Counted from the first letter of the stretch, positions 18,280 to 27,951 are shown. The stretch: 32,000 bases of DNA from Pseudidiomarina andamanensis (GCF_009734345.1 NZ_CP032551.1:2010001-2042000), one strand, 5' to 3'. Notes: a model not told the origin generated them from the letters alone. Program-made: numbers and translations.

Positions 18280-20292
18280 TTAATCTTCCATAGCTTTACG
18301 CAGCAGCGCTAAACCGCTTGCGCGAGCAGTTTCACGCGCTGCTTCATTCGCCGCCGCTTGTTCTTCCCACTCTAAATCATCTTGCGGTAGTTCATACAAA
18401 AATCGACTTGGTTCAGGGCGCATCACATCCCCATATTGGCGTCGTTCTTTGGCCATGGTGAATATTAATGATTGCTGCGCTCGGGTAATACCAACATAGG
18501 CCAAACGCCGCTCTTCTTCGACCATTCCTTCATCAATGCTGGACTGATGCGGGAGCAAACCTTCTTCCATACCAACCATAAATACGTGCGGAAACTCGAG
18601 GCCTTTAGAGGCGTGCAACGTCATCAATTGAACTTGGTCGCCTTGTTCTTCTTCTTCGTTGCGGGACAACATGTCACGTAAACAAAGCTTGGCAACAGCT
18701 TGCTCAAGTGTCACCGCCTCGTTCTCGTCATCGCCTTTCAGCATTTCGGTAACCCAGCGCATAAGCTCGCTGACGTTTTTCCAACGCATTTCGGCGGCGC
18801 TCACGCTTGGGCTACTTTCATACAGCCACTCTTCGTAACCAATCAGTTTTAGCAGGTCAAACAAGGCTGATGCAGCTTCCGGCGCATGGTCGCAGCGACG
18901 CGCAGCTCGTTTCATGAAATCGACAAAATACTGCACCGATTGATATTCTCTGGCCCCCAAACGGGTTTTCAAGGCTTGATGATCGGCTGCTTCAAACAAA
19001 CTAACATGCAGCTCGTGCGCGAGTTCGCCAACTCGCTCGACAGTATGTGGACCAATACCGCGTTTTGGAACATTGATAATGCGAATAAACGCCGTGTCGT
19101 CACTGGGGTTCACCAACAAACGCAAATACGCCATCACATCTTTGACTTCCGCGCGCGCGAAAAAGCTTTGCCCACCGGTCATGCGGTAGGGAATACGGTT
19201 GCTCATCAAGGCTTTTTCAAACACGCGAGATTGATGATTGCCGCGATAAAGCACCGCAAACTGGTGATAGGGGGTTCGCTCTAAAAAGCGGCGACGAACA
19301 ATTTCAGCAACCACACGTTCTGCTTCATGTTCCTCATTGCGCCCGTAAATTACACGCAGCGGCACCCCGTACTCCATTTCGGAAAACAGCTTCTTATCGA
19401 ATACGTGCGGGTTGTTCTCAATGAGAATGTTTGCTGCTTTAAGAATACGCCCGTGTGAGCGGTAATTCTGCTCGAGTTTAATCACATGCAGCTTCGGGAA
19501 GTCTTTTTGTAGCAATGCTAAATTTTGCGGTTGTGCACCACGCCATGAATAGATTGACTGGTCATCGTCGCCTACCACGGTAAAGTTAGCTCGCTCGCCC
19601 ACCAGTAACCGCACTAATTCATATTGGCTGGTATTGGTATCTTGATACTCGTCGACTAGCAAGTAATGGAATTTGTTCTGCCAGCGCGCCCGAGCTTGGT
19701 CGTTGGTTTTTAATAAAAGCGTTGGCAGCAAAATCAGATCGTCGAAGTCTATCGCGTTACACGCTTTCATGTTTTGCTGATAACGGCGATAAAACTCTGC
19801 GAACATTTGCTCATCGGCCTGCTGCGCCTGGTTCAGCACTTGATCAGGGCTTAGCATCGCATTTTTCCAATTACTGATTTGGCTTTGCAGCAGTTTTAGA
19901 AGATTCTTATCGCCATCCAGCTCAGGTTCAGTAAGCGCCTTCAGTAGCGCAAAGGAATCTTGATCATCAAACAACGAGAATCCAGCCTTCATATTCAGTT
20001 GGCTGACTTCTTTACGAATAATCGTCAGGCCAAGGGTATGAAATGTGGAAACAGTTAATCCGCGAGTATATTGACGACCAAGCGTTTGGCCTACGCGCTC
20101 TTTCATTTCACGCGCGGCTTTATTGGTAAAGGTAACCGCCGCAATATGCCGTGCCTGATACCCACAACGCTGAATTAAATGCGCAATTTTCTCAGTAATC
20201 ACACGGGTTTTTCCGCTACCGGCGCCCGCCAATACCAACACCGGCCCTTCGATGGCTTTCACGGCTTCTTGCTGGCGGGGGTTCAATAGCAT
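18280..20292 (-). CDS. rep: ATP-dependent DNA helicase Rep (UvrD/Rep SF1 family)
   Basis: 670 aa. Walker [15 protein letters not shown] motif and colinear SF1 helicase motifs. Rep-like length. Confidence 0.92.
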   Translation of the reverse strand: MLLNPRQQEAVKAIEGPVLVLAGAGSGKTRVITEKIAHLIQRCGYQARHIAAVTFTNKAAREMKERVGQTLGRQYTRGLTVSTFHTLGLTIIRKEVSQLNMKAGFSLFDDQDSFALLKALTEPELDGDKNLLKLLQSQISNWKNAMLSPDQVLNQAQQADEQMFAEFYRRYQQNMKACNAIDFDDLILLPTLLLKTNDQARARWQNKFHYLLVDEYQDTNTSQYELVRLLVGERANFTVVGDDDQSIYSWRGAQPQNLALLQKDFPKLHVIKLEQNYRSHGRILKAANILIENNPHVFDKKLFSEMEYGVPLRVIYGRNEEHEAERVVAEIVRRRFLERTPYHQFAVLYRGNHQSRVFEKALMSNRIPYRMTGGQSFFARAEVKDVMAYLRLLVNPSDDTAFIRIINVPKRGIGPHTVERVGELAHELHVSLFEAADHQALKTRLGAREYQSVQYFVDFMKRAARRCDHAPEAASALFDLLKLIGYEEWLYESSPSVSAAEMRWKNVSELMRWVTEMLKGDDENEAVTLEQAVAKLCLRDMLSRNEEEEQGDQVQLMTLHASKGLEFPHVFMVGMEEGLLPHQSSIDEGMVEEERRLAYVGITRAQQSLIFTMAKERRQYGDVMRPEPSRFLYELPQDDLEWEEQAAANEAARETARASGLALLRKAMED

Positions 20293-20434
20293 GAATAAAA
20301 AGGCCTTTGACTGATCGGTTCGATGAATGAGCCGCAGATTTTACCGTAAACTCCTGCTAAGCTAAAAGGTAATTACTCTGAATTGATTTTTAGTGGCTTA
20401 AACATTTCAAAAAAGAAGTACAAACGGAAACATT

Positions 20435-20686
20435 ATGGACCCGAAAAAAATTGAAGATATTGCGCGTCAGATTAACGAAAGTATTCCAGCTGGTGTCAAA
20501 GACTTTGCCGGTAACATCGAACAGCGCGTGAAAACCGTATTGCAACAGCAGCTTGGCAAACTTGATGTGGTGACTCGCGAAGAGCTCGATGTACAACAAC
20601 AACTTTTGCTACGTTTGCGTCAGCGCGTTGATCAGCTTGAGCGTGAACTCGAAGCAATGAAACGCGATATCGACGACGAATCGTAA
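20435..20686 (+). CDS. ubiK: ubiquinone biosynthesis accessory factor UbiK (YqiC/BMFP family)
   Basis: 83-aa coiled-coil protein. MDPKKIEDIARQI…VVTREELDVQQQLL…LE is the typical YqiC/UbiK pattern. Confidence 0.8.
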   Translation: MDPKKIEDIARQINESIPAGVKDFAGNIEQRVKTVLQQQLGKLDVVTREELDVQQQLLLRLRQRVDQLERELEAMKRDIDDES

Positions 20687-20693
20687 TCTCGGC

Positions 20694-21398
20694 TTATTCA
20701 GCAGACCGGCACTGCGCCCACGTGGGTGCGGTGCTAACTGTTTCAATGGGCATGGGTGGCAGCGCAGCGCTCGCCTTTGCTACTCGCGCTTCATACTCAG
20801 ACAGACTTAATTCATTGCGTAATATCTGATTCACATCCCGATTAATGAAATACGCGAATGTTCCGATGTTATAAAGCGCCGAGTTCTTTTCTTCGCGCAC
20901 TAATGCCGTCGCGTTACCATTTAACTGATTTAAACAACAGTCTTCTAATTTATTTACCAGTGTTCGGGTAATTGAATCAGGCACTTTCATGTTGTCTGGG
21001 TCACTTGCGTAGGCGCGTAATCCCTCAATTTGCTCATAAGCTTCAGCAGCGACAGCAATGGCTTGCTGAAGTAGCATCGCAGTTTCATGGGCAAGGGCAA
21101 TATTCAATTCAGATAGAATCGCGCGGCTGTCATCGGCTTCAGAATTTCGAAACATGCGCTCAGTACGATTGAGATCGCGCCATTGCTCATTCAAATAACG
21201 CAGTTCTGCGGTATTTACAGGGTTGGTTGGTAGATTCGCTAATTGCTGTGCAAACTCACACACCTTGGCATTGCTATAGCGCAAAACTGGGGCTTCCGAG
21301 GTCTTCTCTGGTGATTTCGTTTGTGGCTGACAGCCAGCCATGAAGACCATGCTGCCAACCAGCATAAGCATCTTCAATTTAATTGTATATTGACGCAC
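20694..21398 (-). CDS. hypothetical lipoprotein
   Basis: 234-aa ORF with a signal peptide ending in a lipobox-like MAGC. Helical, family not recognised. Confidence 0.6.
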   Translation of the reverse strand: MRQYTIKLKMLMLVGSMVFMAGCQPQTKSPEKTSEAPVLRYSNAKVCEFAQQLANLPTNPVNTAELRYLNEQWRDLNRTERMFRNSEADDSRAILSELNIALAHETAMLLQQAIAVAAEAYEQIEGLRAYASDPDNMKVPDSITRTLVNKLEDCCLNQLNGNATALVREEKNSALYNIGTFAYFINRDVNQILRNELSLSEYEARVAKASAALPPMPIETVSTAPTWAQCRSAE

Positions 21399-21524
21399 CA
21401 GAATACTCCTTTTGTGTACAGTAAGTGTAACACCTGATCTGGCGTAAAAGCACTGTTATGGCTAGAAAAACTAACGTTAAAACCTTACTATGAAGCCAGT
21501 GCTCACCAACGCGAGGAGATACCA

Positions 21525-22265
21525 ATGGCACAATGGTTAACCGGAGAAGTCATTGAGAATTATGCGTGGAATCAAGAGCTTTTCAGTTTGCGTGTGCGAA
21601 CGCAGCCCTTCGAATTTATAGCCGGTCAATTTGTGCGCCTCGGTTTACCCCATGAAGGTGGACGCGTGCAGCGTGCCTATTCATTGGTGAACGGCCCCGA
21701 TGATAACGTTTTAGATTTCTTAGTCAATCGTGTTCATGATGGCTTGTTTTCGCCGCTTCTGCACGATTTGAAGGCCGGCCAAACTATTGAGGTTTCGCAG
21801 CCACCTAGCGGCTTTTTTACGTTGAACGAAGTGCCTGATGGCGACAGTCTCTGGCTAATTTCTACCGGCACTGGCATTGGTCCCTATTTGTCGATGCTAT
21901 GTACTGATATTCCGTGGCAACGCTTTTCCCGCATTCATCTCATACATGCCGTTCGTTACAGCGCTGATTTAGCCTACCAACGCAAAATACTCGACTGGGT
22001 GGAAGCCCACCCAGGACAACTGAATTATCAACCGATTGTCAGTCGCGAGGATTATCCGGGCGCATTGCGTGGCCGTATTCCTGCATTAATTGAAAGTGGT
22101 GAATTGCAGCGCGCGGTCAACGATGTACTCGACGAGCGTGCGCAAGTGATGCTGTGTGGCAACCCTGAAATGATTCGCGACGCCAAAGTTTTACTGAATG
22201 ACATGGGCTTACCGAAAAACCTGCGTCGTAAACCTGGCAACGTCACCATGGAACATTATTGGTAA
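21525..22265 (+). CDS. fpr: ferredoxin/flavodoxin--NADP(+) reductase
   Basis: 246 aa with an RAYSLV FAD motif and LISTGTGIGP NADP motif. The C-terminal …EHYW matches E. coli Fpr. Confidence 0.9.
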   Translation: MAQWLTGEVIENYAWNQELFSLRVRTQPFEFIAGQFVRLGLPHEGGRVQRAYSLVNGPDDNVLDFLVNRVHDGLFSPLLHDLKAGQTIEVSQPPSGFFTLNEVPDGDSLWLISTGTGIGPYLSMLCTDIPWQRFSRIHLIHAVRYSADLAYQRKILDWVEAHPGQLNYQPIVSREDYPGALRGRIPALIESGELQRAVNDVLDERAQVMLCGNPEMIRDAKVLLNDMGLPKNLRRKPGNVTMEHYW

Positions 22266-22297
22266 TTATTGATAGCACTCTTTAAAAGGATAACTAC

Positions 22298-23593
22298 ATG
22301 TCAGAACACCATATTGTCGTTGTTGGTGGTGGTGCAGGTGGCTTGGAACTGGCCAGTAAATTGGGTCGCAAGTATGGCTCAAGCAGCAGTGTTAAAATCA
22401 CACTCGTGGATAGGAATTTGACCCATATTTGGAAACCGCTTCTGCATGAAGTGGCCGCAGGGGCATTAGACGCTGATATGGATGGCGTGGATTATCGTGT
22501 GCAAGCCGCGGCGGCGGGGTTTCGCTTTCAACCCGGCGAGCTAACCGCAATTGACCGCGATTCAAAAACTCTGACCTTGGCGCCGATCCGCGATGATGCT
22601 GGTCATGAAATTGTTGCGGCGCGAACACTCCAGTATAACCATCTAGTACTTGCCATTGGCTCGGTGACCAATGACTTTGGTACCGCCGGTGCCGCTGAGC
22701 ACTGCTATTTCCTCGATAGCGTGAAGCAAGCGAAGAAATTTCACCATACCCTCATGAATACTTTTTTGGCACTCCAGTCTGAGCGTTACCCACGACCCCT
22801 TCGGGTTGGTATTGTCGGAGCCGGTGCCACCGGTGTCGAGTTGGCAGCGGAGCTCCATAAATCAGCAGAATTAATTCGCAGCTACGGTTTCGATGACTTT
22901 GATTTAAAGCAACTTGAAATTGTCCTAATTGAAGCGGGCGAACGTATTTTACCAGCACTCAGCGAGCGCATCGCGGCAGCTGCAAGCCGTGAACTTGCCA
23001 AATTAGGCGTTAAAATTTGCGTTAACACCGCCGTTGAAAGCGTCAACAAAGACGGATTCGTCACACGTTCTGGCGATTCTATTGAGGCCGCGATCAAAGT
23101 TTGGGCGGCAGGAGTACGTGCGCCAGATTTCCTAGCAAACTTTGCTGGTTTAGAAACGAATCGTGGAAATCAATTAGTGGTGACAGATGTTCTGCAAACG
23201 ACTCGCGATGCCTCTATCTTTGCGATAGGCGACTGTGCCTCATTTACCCAAGCGAATGGCAGCAGAGTTCCGCCTCGTGCCCAGGCGGCGCACCAAATGG
23301 CCGATTGCGTGTACGAAAATATCGTGCGCAGTTTAAAAGGTCAGTCACTGAAACGCTTCACCTACAAAGATCATGGGTCACTGGTATCGTTGTCGAACTA
23401 CACTGCAGTGGGGAGCCTCATGGGTAACTTAACCCGCGGCTCCATGATGATTGAAGGCATGATGGCGCGATTCATGTATAAATCGCTGTATCGCATGCAC
23501 CAAGTTGCCTTGCATGGTTATTTCAAAACCTTGTTGTATATGCTGGCGCAAGGCATTAACCGCCGTTTGCGCCCACGCCTGAAATTGCATTGA
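22298..23593 (+). CDS. ndh: type II NADH:quinone oxidoreductase (NDH-2)
   Basis: 431 aa with two Rossmann GxGxxG motifs (VVVGGGAGGLELA; IVGAGATGVELA). NDH-2-like C-terminal amphipathic tail. Confidence 0.9.
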   Translation: MSEHHIVVVGGGAGGLELASKLGRKYGSSSSVKITLVDRNLTHIWKPLLHEVAAGALDADMDGVDYRVQAAAAGFRFQPGELTAIDRDSKTLTLAPIRDDAGHEIVAARTLQYNHLVLAIGSVTNDFGTAGAAEHCYFLDSVKQAKKFHHTLMNTFLALQSERYPRPLRVGIVGAGATGVELAAELHKSAELIRSYGFDDFDLKQLEIVLIEAGERILPALSERIAAAASRELAKLGVKICVNTAVESVNKDGFVTRSGDSIEAAIKVWAAGVRAPDFLANFAGLETNRGNQLVVTDVLQTTRDASIFAIGDCASFTQANGSRVPPRAQAAHQMADCVYENIVRSLKGQSLKRFTYKDHGSLVSLSNYTAVGSLMGNLTRGSMMIEGMMARFMYKSLYRMHQVALHGYFKTLLYMLAQGINRRLRPRLKLH

Positions 23594-23603
23594 TGCTATG
23601 CAG

Positions 23604-24167
23604 TTAATTCCACCACACCAGTGTAATCGGCACATCACCACCGGTGTATTCGAATTCAATATTTACCAGACCGCCGCTATCCGCTATTGCAACGAGTGCA
23701 TCACAATCAACGTTGTCGGCACAGAGGAACTCGTATTGATAAAAGCCGTATACGCCTGCAGATTCCTCAGTAAAAGGATTTCCGCTCAGTTCAACGTTGT
23801 CGTATTTATAACTTGTACCAATTGGATCAGGCGTTGCGGAAATCACTTCAATAAGCCCTGTTAAGATGATGGTTGACCCATCATCACCAGAAGCCGCTGC
23901 TGGAAACTGATCCACGAGAAGTCGATATGACGTGCCAAATTCGTAATTAAAGCTGAAAATGTCAGAAGCAACGGTGTCATCACCGTCTTCAACATCTGCA
24001 ACTGCGTCGATAACAATGTTGGATTCAACACCAAAATAGGTTGGTGCTGAAGCGACATTAGCGATATACGTGTTTGGCTCTAGTGAGTCGTCTGAGTCAC
24101 CGCAACTTGCTAAAAACATTGTAGCGAAAAGGGCTGAGAATACGTTGCTTGTACTTTTTAATGTCAT
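23604..24167 (-). CDS. hypothetical acidic lipoprotein
   Basis: 187 aa with lipobox LASC followed by a D/E/S-rich linker. No recognisable family. It lies downstream of, and probably co-transcribed with, 24255-25277. Confidence 0.6.
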   Translation of the reverse strand: MTLKSTSNVFSALFATMFLASCGDSDDSLEPNTYIANVASAPTYFGVESNIVIDAVADVEDGDDTVASDIFSFNYEFGTSYRLLVDQFPAAASGDDGSTIILTGLIEVISATPDPIGTSYKYDNVELSGNPFTEESAGVYGFYQYEFLCADNVDCDALVAIADSGGLVNIEFEYTGGDVPITLVWWN

Positions 24168-24254
24168 ATTTTTTCTTTATCAGTTCGGTTGCACTGTACG
24201 TTGATCGATAGCTTAATTTGTTTCGAAACCAAAGACCTTGAAGAACCCACTTCG

Positions 24255-25277
24255 TTAAATCAAATCGCTTATTTTGTATATTTCAAAATCGACATTGTCT
24301 GAATATGAAACAATCAACAAATCGTTATATACAACGAGAGCGTCAATATTATTCCCAACCTCTACTCGATAGATGGCGGTAAGCTCATCGCCGTTTAATT
24401 TGTAAGAGTAAATGAAATTCTCTTCAGCAATCATCACACCTCTATCATGAACCGCGATAATATTCCCGCCACTCAAAACGAACGAATTGACCGAGTCAGG
24501 AAATTTTTGGGGTTCTGAAAAGCCACTTGAGGAAACATCCATTTGCCACACTGCGGTATGGCCTGTGAAGAATATAGAACCATTTCGAAATTCAATATCA
24601 GGCGAAAAGAGTTCGATTGCTGTGGTAAAGCCATCAACAAGCGAAAAATCTTCATTAAATAAACTGATCTTTATGCCATCGGACAGCTCCTCAAATACCA
24701 CCATGGAACCATCATCTAAAGCAAATATATTATTAATCCAGCCTTCAGATGAGTACCTGACGCCTTCGACAATCTGCCCTTGACTATCAATACAGAGCTC
24801 TTTTAGCTGTTGGTAGTTAGCATCTGAACCACCTCGGTCAACCCAATACGCGCAATTGCCTTGAGACTCAAATATCACCGGGCTTACATTAGGGGATTCT
24901 TCACTCGTGTAGATGACATCAAACATATTGCTTTCTATGCGGTTTATACGCACATGGTTGACCATTAATGTTGCTATATCACCATTTTCTAAGGTCGCAA
25001 TATTACTGGCTCCAGTGCCAGAGACTTGAATTTCACTCTCGACTAATCCAGATTCATTGATATTTAATAAGCTGACGCCGCCGTTGTGGCTGATAGCCAG
25101 GAAATTTTCGTAAATTGCATAGTTGCGACCACCCGGTAGCCAATAGGAGTCAAGATATTGGGCTTCGCGATCGACGATTTGGAAGGGAGACGTGCTCTCG
25201 TCTGGCTTATCTTGATTGTCGGAGCCGCATCCAGAAATCAGAACTATTGTGGAAATAAAAATTAAAATTCTTAGCAT
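24255..25277 (-). CDS. hypothetical lipoprotein, beta-rich/propeller-like
   Basis: 340 aa with lipobox ISGC. Repeated short beta-strand-like segments (…GG.I.A…, …DG.MVVF…). Lower GC than flanks (sampled lines 40-42%). Confidence 0.6.
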   Translation of the reverse strand: MLRILIFISTIVLISGCGSDNQDKPDESTSPFQIVDREAQYLDSYWLPGGRNYAIYENFLAISHNGGVSLLNINESGLVESEIQVSGTGASNIATLENGDIATLMVNHVRINRIESNMFDVIYTSEESPNVSPVIFESQGNCAYWVDRGGSDANYQQLKELCIDSQGQIVEGVRYSSEGWINNIFALDDGSMVVFEELSDGIKISLFNEDFSLVDGFTTAIELFSPDIEFRNGSIFFTGHTAVWQMDVSSSGFSEPQKFPDSVNSFVLSGGNIIAVHDRGVMIAEENFIYSYKLNGDELTAIYRVEVGNNIDALVVYNDLLIVSYSDNVDFEIYKISDLI

Positions 25278-25770
25278 GAATAATCCCTTATACGTTTGTT
25301 GGCCACTTAACGTCGAGGCACTCGCATCGTCCTTGGCTAATAAAAATCATACCTGCAACAGTATTACCAACAGTTTGTTATTTCAATGTTATTTACAATA
25401 TTCTCGTTACGGTTAATATGAAGAGCTATGTTAGAAGATTGGATCTGGGCGGAAATATTGTTTTTGATTGGTTATCAATGGGTTCATTTATTTATCTTGA
25501 ATAAAAATATGTAAACTTTATATGTTGGCGAGCCGCTATATGCAAACAGTGGTAAGTACAACTCATTAAGAGTTATACACTTTTTTATCGGGTTGGTCAT
25601 TTGTATATCGAGTTCGATAGCCTTGTGAAAGCCGATTAACCAATATGGGAAAGTGAATAGTCCTGTAAGTTGAATTCAAGGAAACGTTTTTATTCGATGA
25701 ATGAGTCAATTTAGATGATTGAATAATGAACGCAGCATAAAGAAAAATAATAGCGAGAAGGCGAAGATCG

Positions 25771-25947
25771 ATGTTTTTGAAGCTATATAGACCGCAGCTA
25801 ATAATTTATTTTGTCATGTCATTGATTGTCGGTGGACTAATCGCAATTGGTAACGGATTAATAAGAGGCATCGGGTTTTCGATTGTATGTATGGTTTTTC
25901 TGTCTTTGTATTCTTATTTTTCATACAAAAAGAAAATATTTAAATAG
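25771..25947 (+). CDS. small (58 aa) two-TM membrane peptide, hypothetical
   Basis: Below the ORF-track cutoff. ATG preceded by gagaaggcgaagatcg. Translation: MFLKLYRPQLIIYFVMSLIVGGLIAIGNGLIRGIGFSIVCMVFLSLYSYFSYKKKIFK. Confidence 0.35.
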   Translation: MFLKLYRPQLIIYFVMSLIVGGLIAIGNGLIRGIGFSIVCMVFLSLYSYFSYKKKIFK

Positions 25948-26128
25948 GCGAATGAGATATTATTTGTGTTGAATTTCAGTATTATCTTGAATACGAAGTC
26001 TCGATCGAGCGGGGCTTTTTTACCGCCGCTGATTCCTTTGTTCTTGTTCATGACTTCTCCAATTGCGTAGAGATTTCTTTCCATCTGGATTTAAGTCGAA
26101 TAAAAAATCTACTTGTTAGGAATTAAAA

Positions 26129-26590
26129 ATGAATATTGAAAAAAGCCCGAAGTTGGGCTTTCGGGTGGTTGGACAGGAGCTAGACGAAAGTGAAGTATGC
26201 TGCACTGGAAGACAAACCGCTTTACTCTTGCAGAAGTTGAACGAACTTCATTCCGGTACAGTATGGTGCGCCTCGGACTTAGTTTGGAGTACTGGCGTTG
26301 TTGGAGAGTCTGGAACACCGATACGTTTGGGTGACTATAACAAAACAAGAAAAATATTAGGTAGCATCGATCAATTTCAATCTGGAATATTATTAGGGTT
26401 TGAAGAGGGGAATTTGCCAAAAAATTTCAAAGCAAAGCATTTTACCGAGGATATGCCATATTCGGAAAATGAAGGCGCTCTGATTGAAGTAAGACTCTTC
26501 GATACAACCTATTTTGAAGTCTATTTTTCTGATGCAAAGTTTGCGGACAAATTCGTTTCAACGGTTAGGTGCGATCTTATAAACCACTAA
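26129..26590 (+). CDS. hypothetical cytoplasmic protein (153 aa)
   Basis: Longest ORF in this stretch, with an AGGA-type RBS (ttaggaattaaaaATG). No motif I can assign. The overlapping antisense 103-aa ORF looks spurious. Confidence 0.55.
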   Translation: MNIEKSPKLGFRVVGQELDESEVCCTGRQTALLLQKLNELHSGTVWCASDLVWSTGVVGESGTPIRLGDYNKTRKILGSIDQFQSGILLGFEEGNLPKNFKAKHFTEDMPYSENEGALIEVRLFDTTYFEVYFSDAKFADKFVSTVRCDLINH

Positions 26591-26815
26591 ATCTTGCAGC
26601 CACTGAGCAGCAGGAAATTCAATAGCTCCACACACAAACGGTAGTACCTCACGTTTTCGTTATACGGGTCTAACGCTCATTCCTAGTACCCAGCTATACT
26701 ACTAAAAAACAAGGAGTTATCATCCAAAGCTAGGACGATTCCCGCAAACTATTCCAGAGAATCACGCAGAGGTTTGCTTTGAATGCCGTAAAGATCTTCA
26801 TTCTAAGGATAAATA

Positions 26816-27199
26816 ATGACTTTAAATGTGCCTGTTAAAAAGGACAAGGCGAATCAACAGCCCATCCCAAATATTTGGAGAAGTACGTTAAGTTTAATAG
26901 TTGAAGCAATTAAATCTAATGATTATTCATTGGTGAATGTAGATACTAGTATAAAGCCAATAAGTTTGTCGGACGCTACTAGAATTCAAGAGAATATTGA
27001 GGATTATGGGTGTGAAGTTTTAAGTCTTCGAGATGAAACGTGGATTACATCTGTATGCCAATGGATGGGGGGATATTGGGATGTGCTAATAGACCTATAT
27101 ACAGTAGAAGAAGGCAGAAGCGATTTAGCGCTATCAGTGAGAGTATACGAGCACGGCAGCGAATTTGAATTTGAAGTAATGTCAGTTCACGTAGAATAA
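26816..27199 (+). CDS. hypothetical cytoplasmic protein (127 aa), acidic
   Basis: Good RBS (ctaaggataaataATG). Compact acidic protein (…WITSVCQWMGGYWDVLIDLYTVEEGRSDLALSVRVYEHG…). Family not confidently recognised. Confidence 0.6.
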   Translation: MTLNVPVKKDKANQQPIPNIWRSTLSLIVEAIKSNDYSLVNVDTSIKPISLSDATRIQENIEDYGCEVLSLRDETWITSVCQWMGGYWDVLIDLYTVEEGRSDLALSVRVYEHGSEFEFEVMSVHVE

Positions 27200-27322
27200 C
27201 CTCTGGTACAAACACTTTGAACCCACAGCCTCTTCTCGACAAACTGGTTAGTCGGAGTCCTGATGTGTTTACTTTGGCGCTGGAGTGGGTGACTCGTTGC
27301 AAAAGGTGTTGCAAACTCAACA

Positions 27323-27472
27323 ATGAAGCCAATTGTGGATCAGACCTTGAAACAAGCTGGAGCACCGACAACTTCAGGTACTGTAGCCGGAGCAATCGCT
27401 GAAGGCGCAATCATCGGAGCAAGTGAAAAAGCAGCTCCAATGATTGCATATAAGTTAAAAGGAAAAAATTAA
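27323..27472 (+). CDS. candidate 49-aa Gly/Ala-zipper peptide (or C-terminal remnant of a larger gene)
   Basis: MKPIVDQTLKQAGAPTTSGTVAGAIAEGAIIGASEKAAPMIAYKLKGKN. The TAA stop (27470-27472) directly abuts the GTG start of the next ORF. The SD is weak or distant, so coding status is uncertain. Confidence 0.3.
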   Translation: MKPIVDQTLKQAGAPTTSGTVAGAIAEGAIIGASEKAAPMIAYKLKGKN

Positions 27473-27787
27473 GTGACTATTTTTATAACCTTGATAATTA
27501 TGTATATGCTTGTTAGCTATTTCGGGGTTAGGATTTATTTTTGTTTTCAGAATGGATTAAAAGACAAGAAAAATTCACTATCAAAATTAGTTTTCACTTA
27601 CCTTATTTTTTTTCTGTTTATTCTGGTCCAAATACCGTTTGTCATTTTCTTTCCTGCATGGATTAGTGAGAAGTTAGATGTGTTCGAGAGAACATCTGAA
27701 ACGACTATGTTTTTAATCCTATTTGGTGTTGTTGTCCTGATTGGGGCGATATGGAAAGGACGCGCCTCTCGGGCTAATAATTTTTGA
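27473..27787 (+). CDS. small three-TM membrane protein (104 aa), hypothetical
   Basis: GTG start 9 nt after aagga (27459-27463). Three hydrophobic segments. Very AT-rich (line 27481-27540 is 16/60 GC). Followed by a terminator. Confidence 0.55.
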   Translation: MTIFITLIIMYMLVSYFGVRIYFCFQNGLKDKKNSLSKLVFTYLIFFLFILVQIPFVIFFPAWISEKLDVFERTSETTMFLILFGVVVLIGAIWKGRASRANNF

Positions 27788-27802
27788 AAAAGAATTCTAA
27801 TC

Positions 27803-27833
27803 AAAGCCTCGTTCATGCGGGGCTTTATTATTT
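27803..27833 (+). terminator. rho-independent terminator after the 104-aa membrane protein
   Basis: aaagcctcg (27803-27811) pairs with gcggggcttt (27817-27826), including one G·U pair. An attattt tail follows. Confidence 0.6.
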
Positions 27834-27863
27834 AGCTAACGTTTGATTTTCTGATACTGATTA

Positions 27864-27951
27864 TCCTGCCGATATCCTCGATTATGGTGATGAATTATGA
27901 GACGTGGTACACCAAATTGTGACATTGTCACGACAAACCGCATACGGTCAC
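27864..27951. repeat. copy A of an imperfect direct repeat that brackets the antitoxin gene
   Basis: Ungapped alignment at offset +797 to copy B. Positions 27864-27925 vs 28661-28722 are 51/62 identical (hand count), with weaker similarity to about 27951. Contains the palindrome GTGACAtTGTCAC (27919-27931) and GTCACGnCAAA twice, 20 nt apart (27927-27937, 27947-27957). Confidence 0.75.

Noticed and set aside
25278-26128. tRNA/tmRNA fragment or integrase pseudogene marking an island border
   Set aside because: No T-psi-C-like GGTTCGAnTCC motif or cloverleaf-compatible segment was seen. There is no ORF of 60 aa or more apart from one spurious 66-aa frame (25216-25416). Only mini-ORFs are present.
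26109-26420. 103-aa minus-strand ORF overlapping the 153-aa plus-strand ORF
   Set aside because: It is shorter and has no RBS. It has a low-complexity antisense-type composition and is fully embedded opposite the longer ORF, which has a proper RBS.
27045-27410. 121-aa minus-strand ORF, and the 61-aa plus-strand ORF 27217-27402
   Set aside because: The minus ORF is a Leu/Arg-rich antisense shadow overlapping the 3' end of the well-supported 127-aa gene. The 61-aa ORF needs a TTG start without an SD and is Cys/Arg-rich. At most, both reflect a decayed gene (covered in the 27200-27787 finding).
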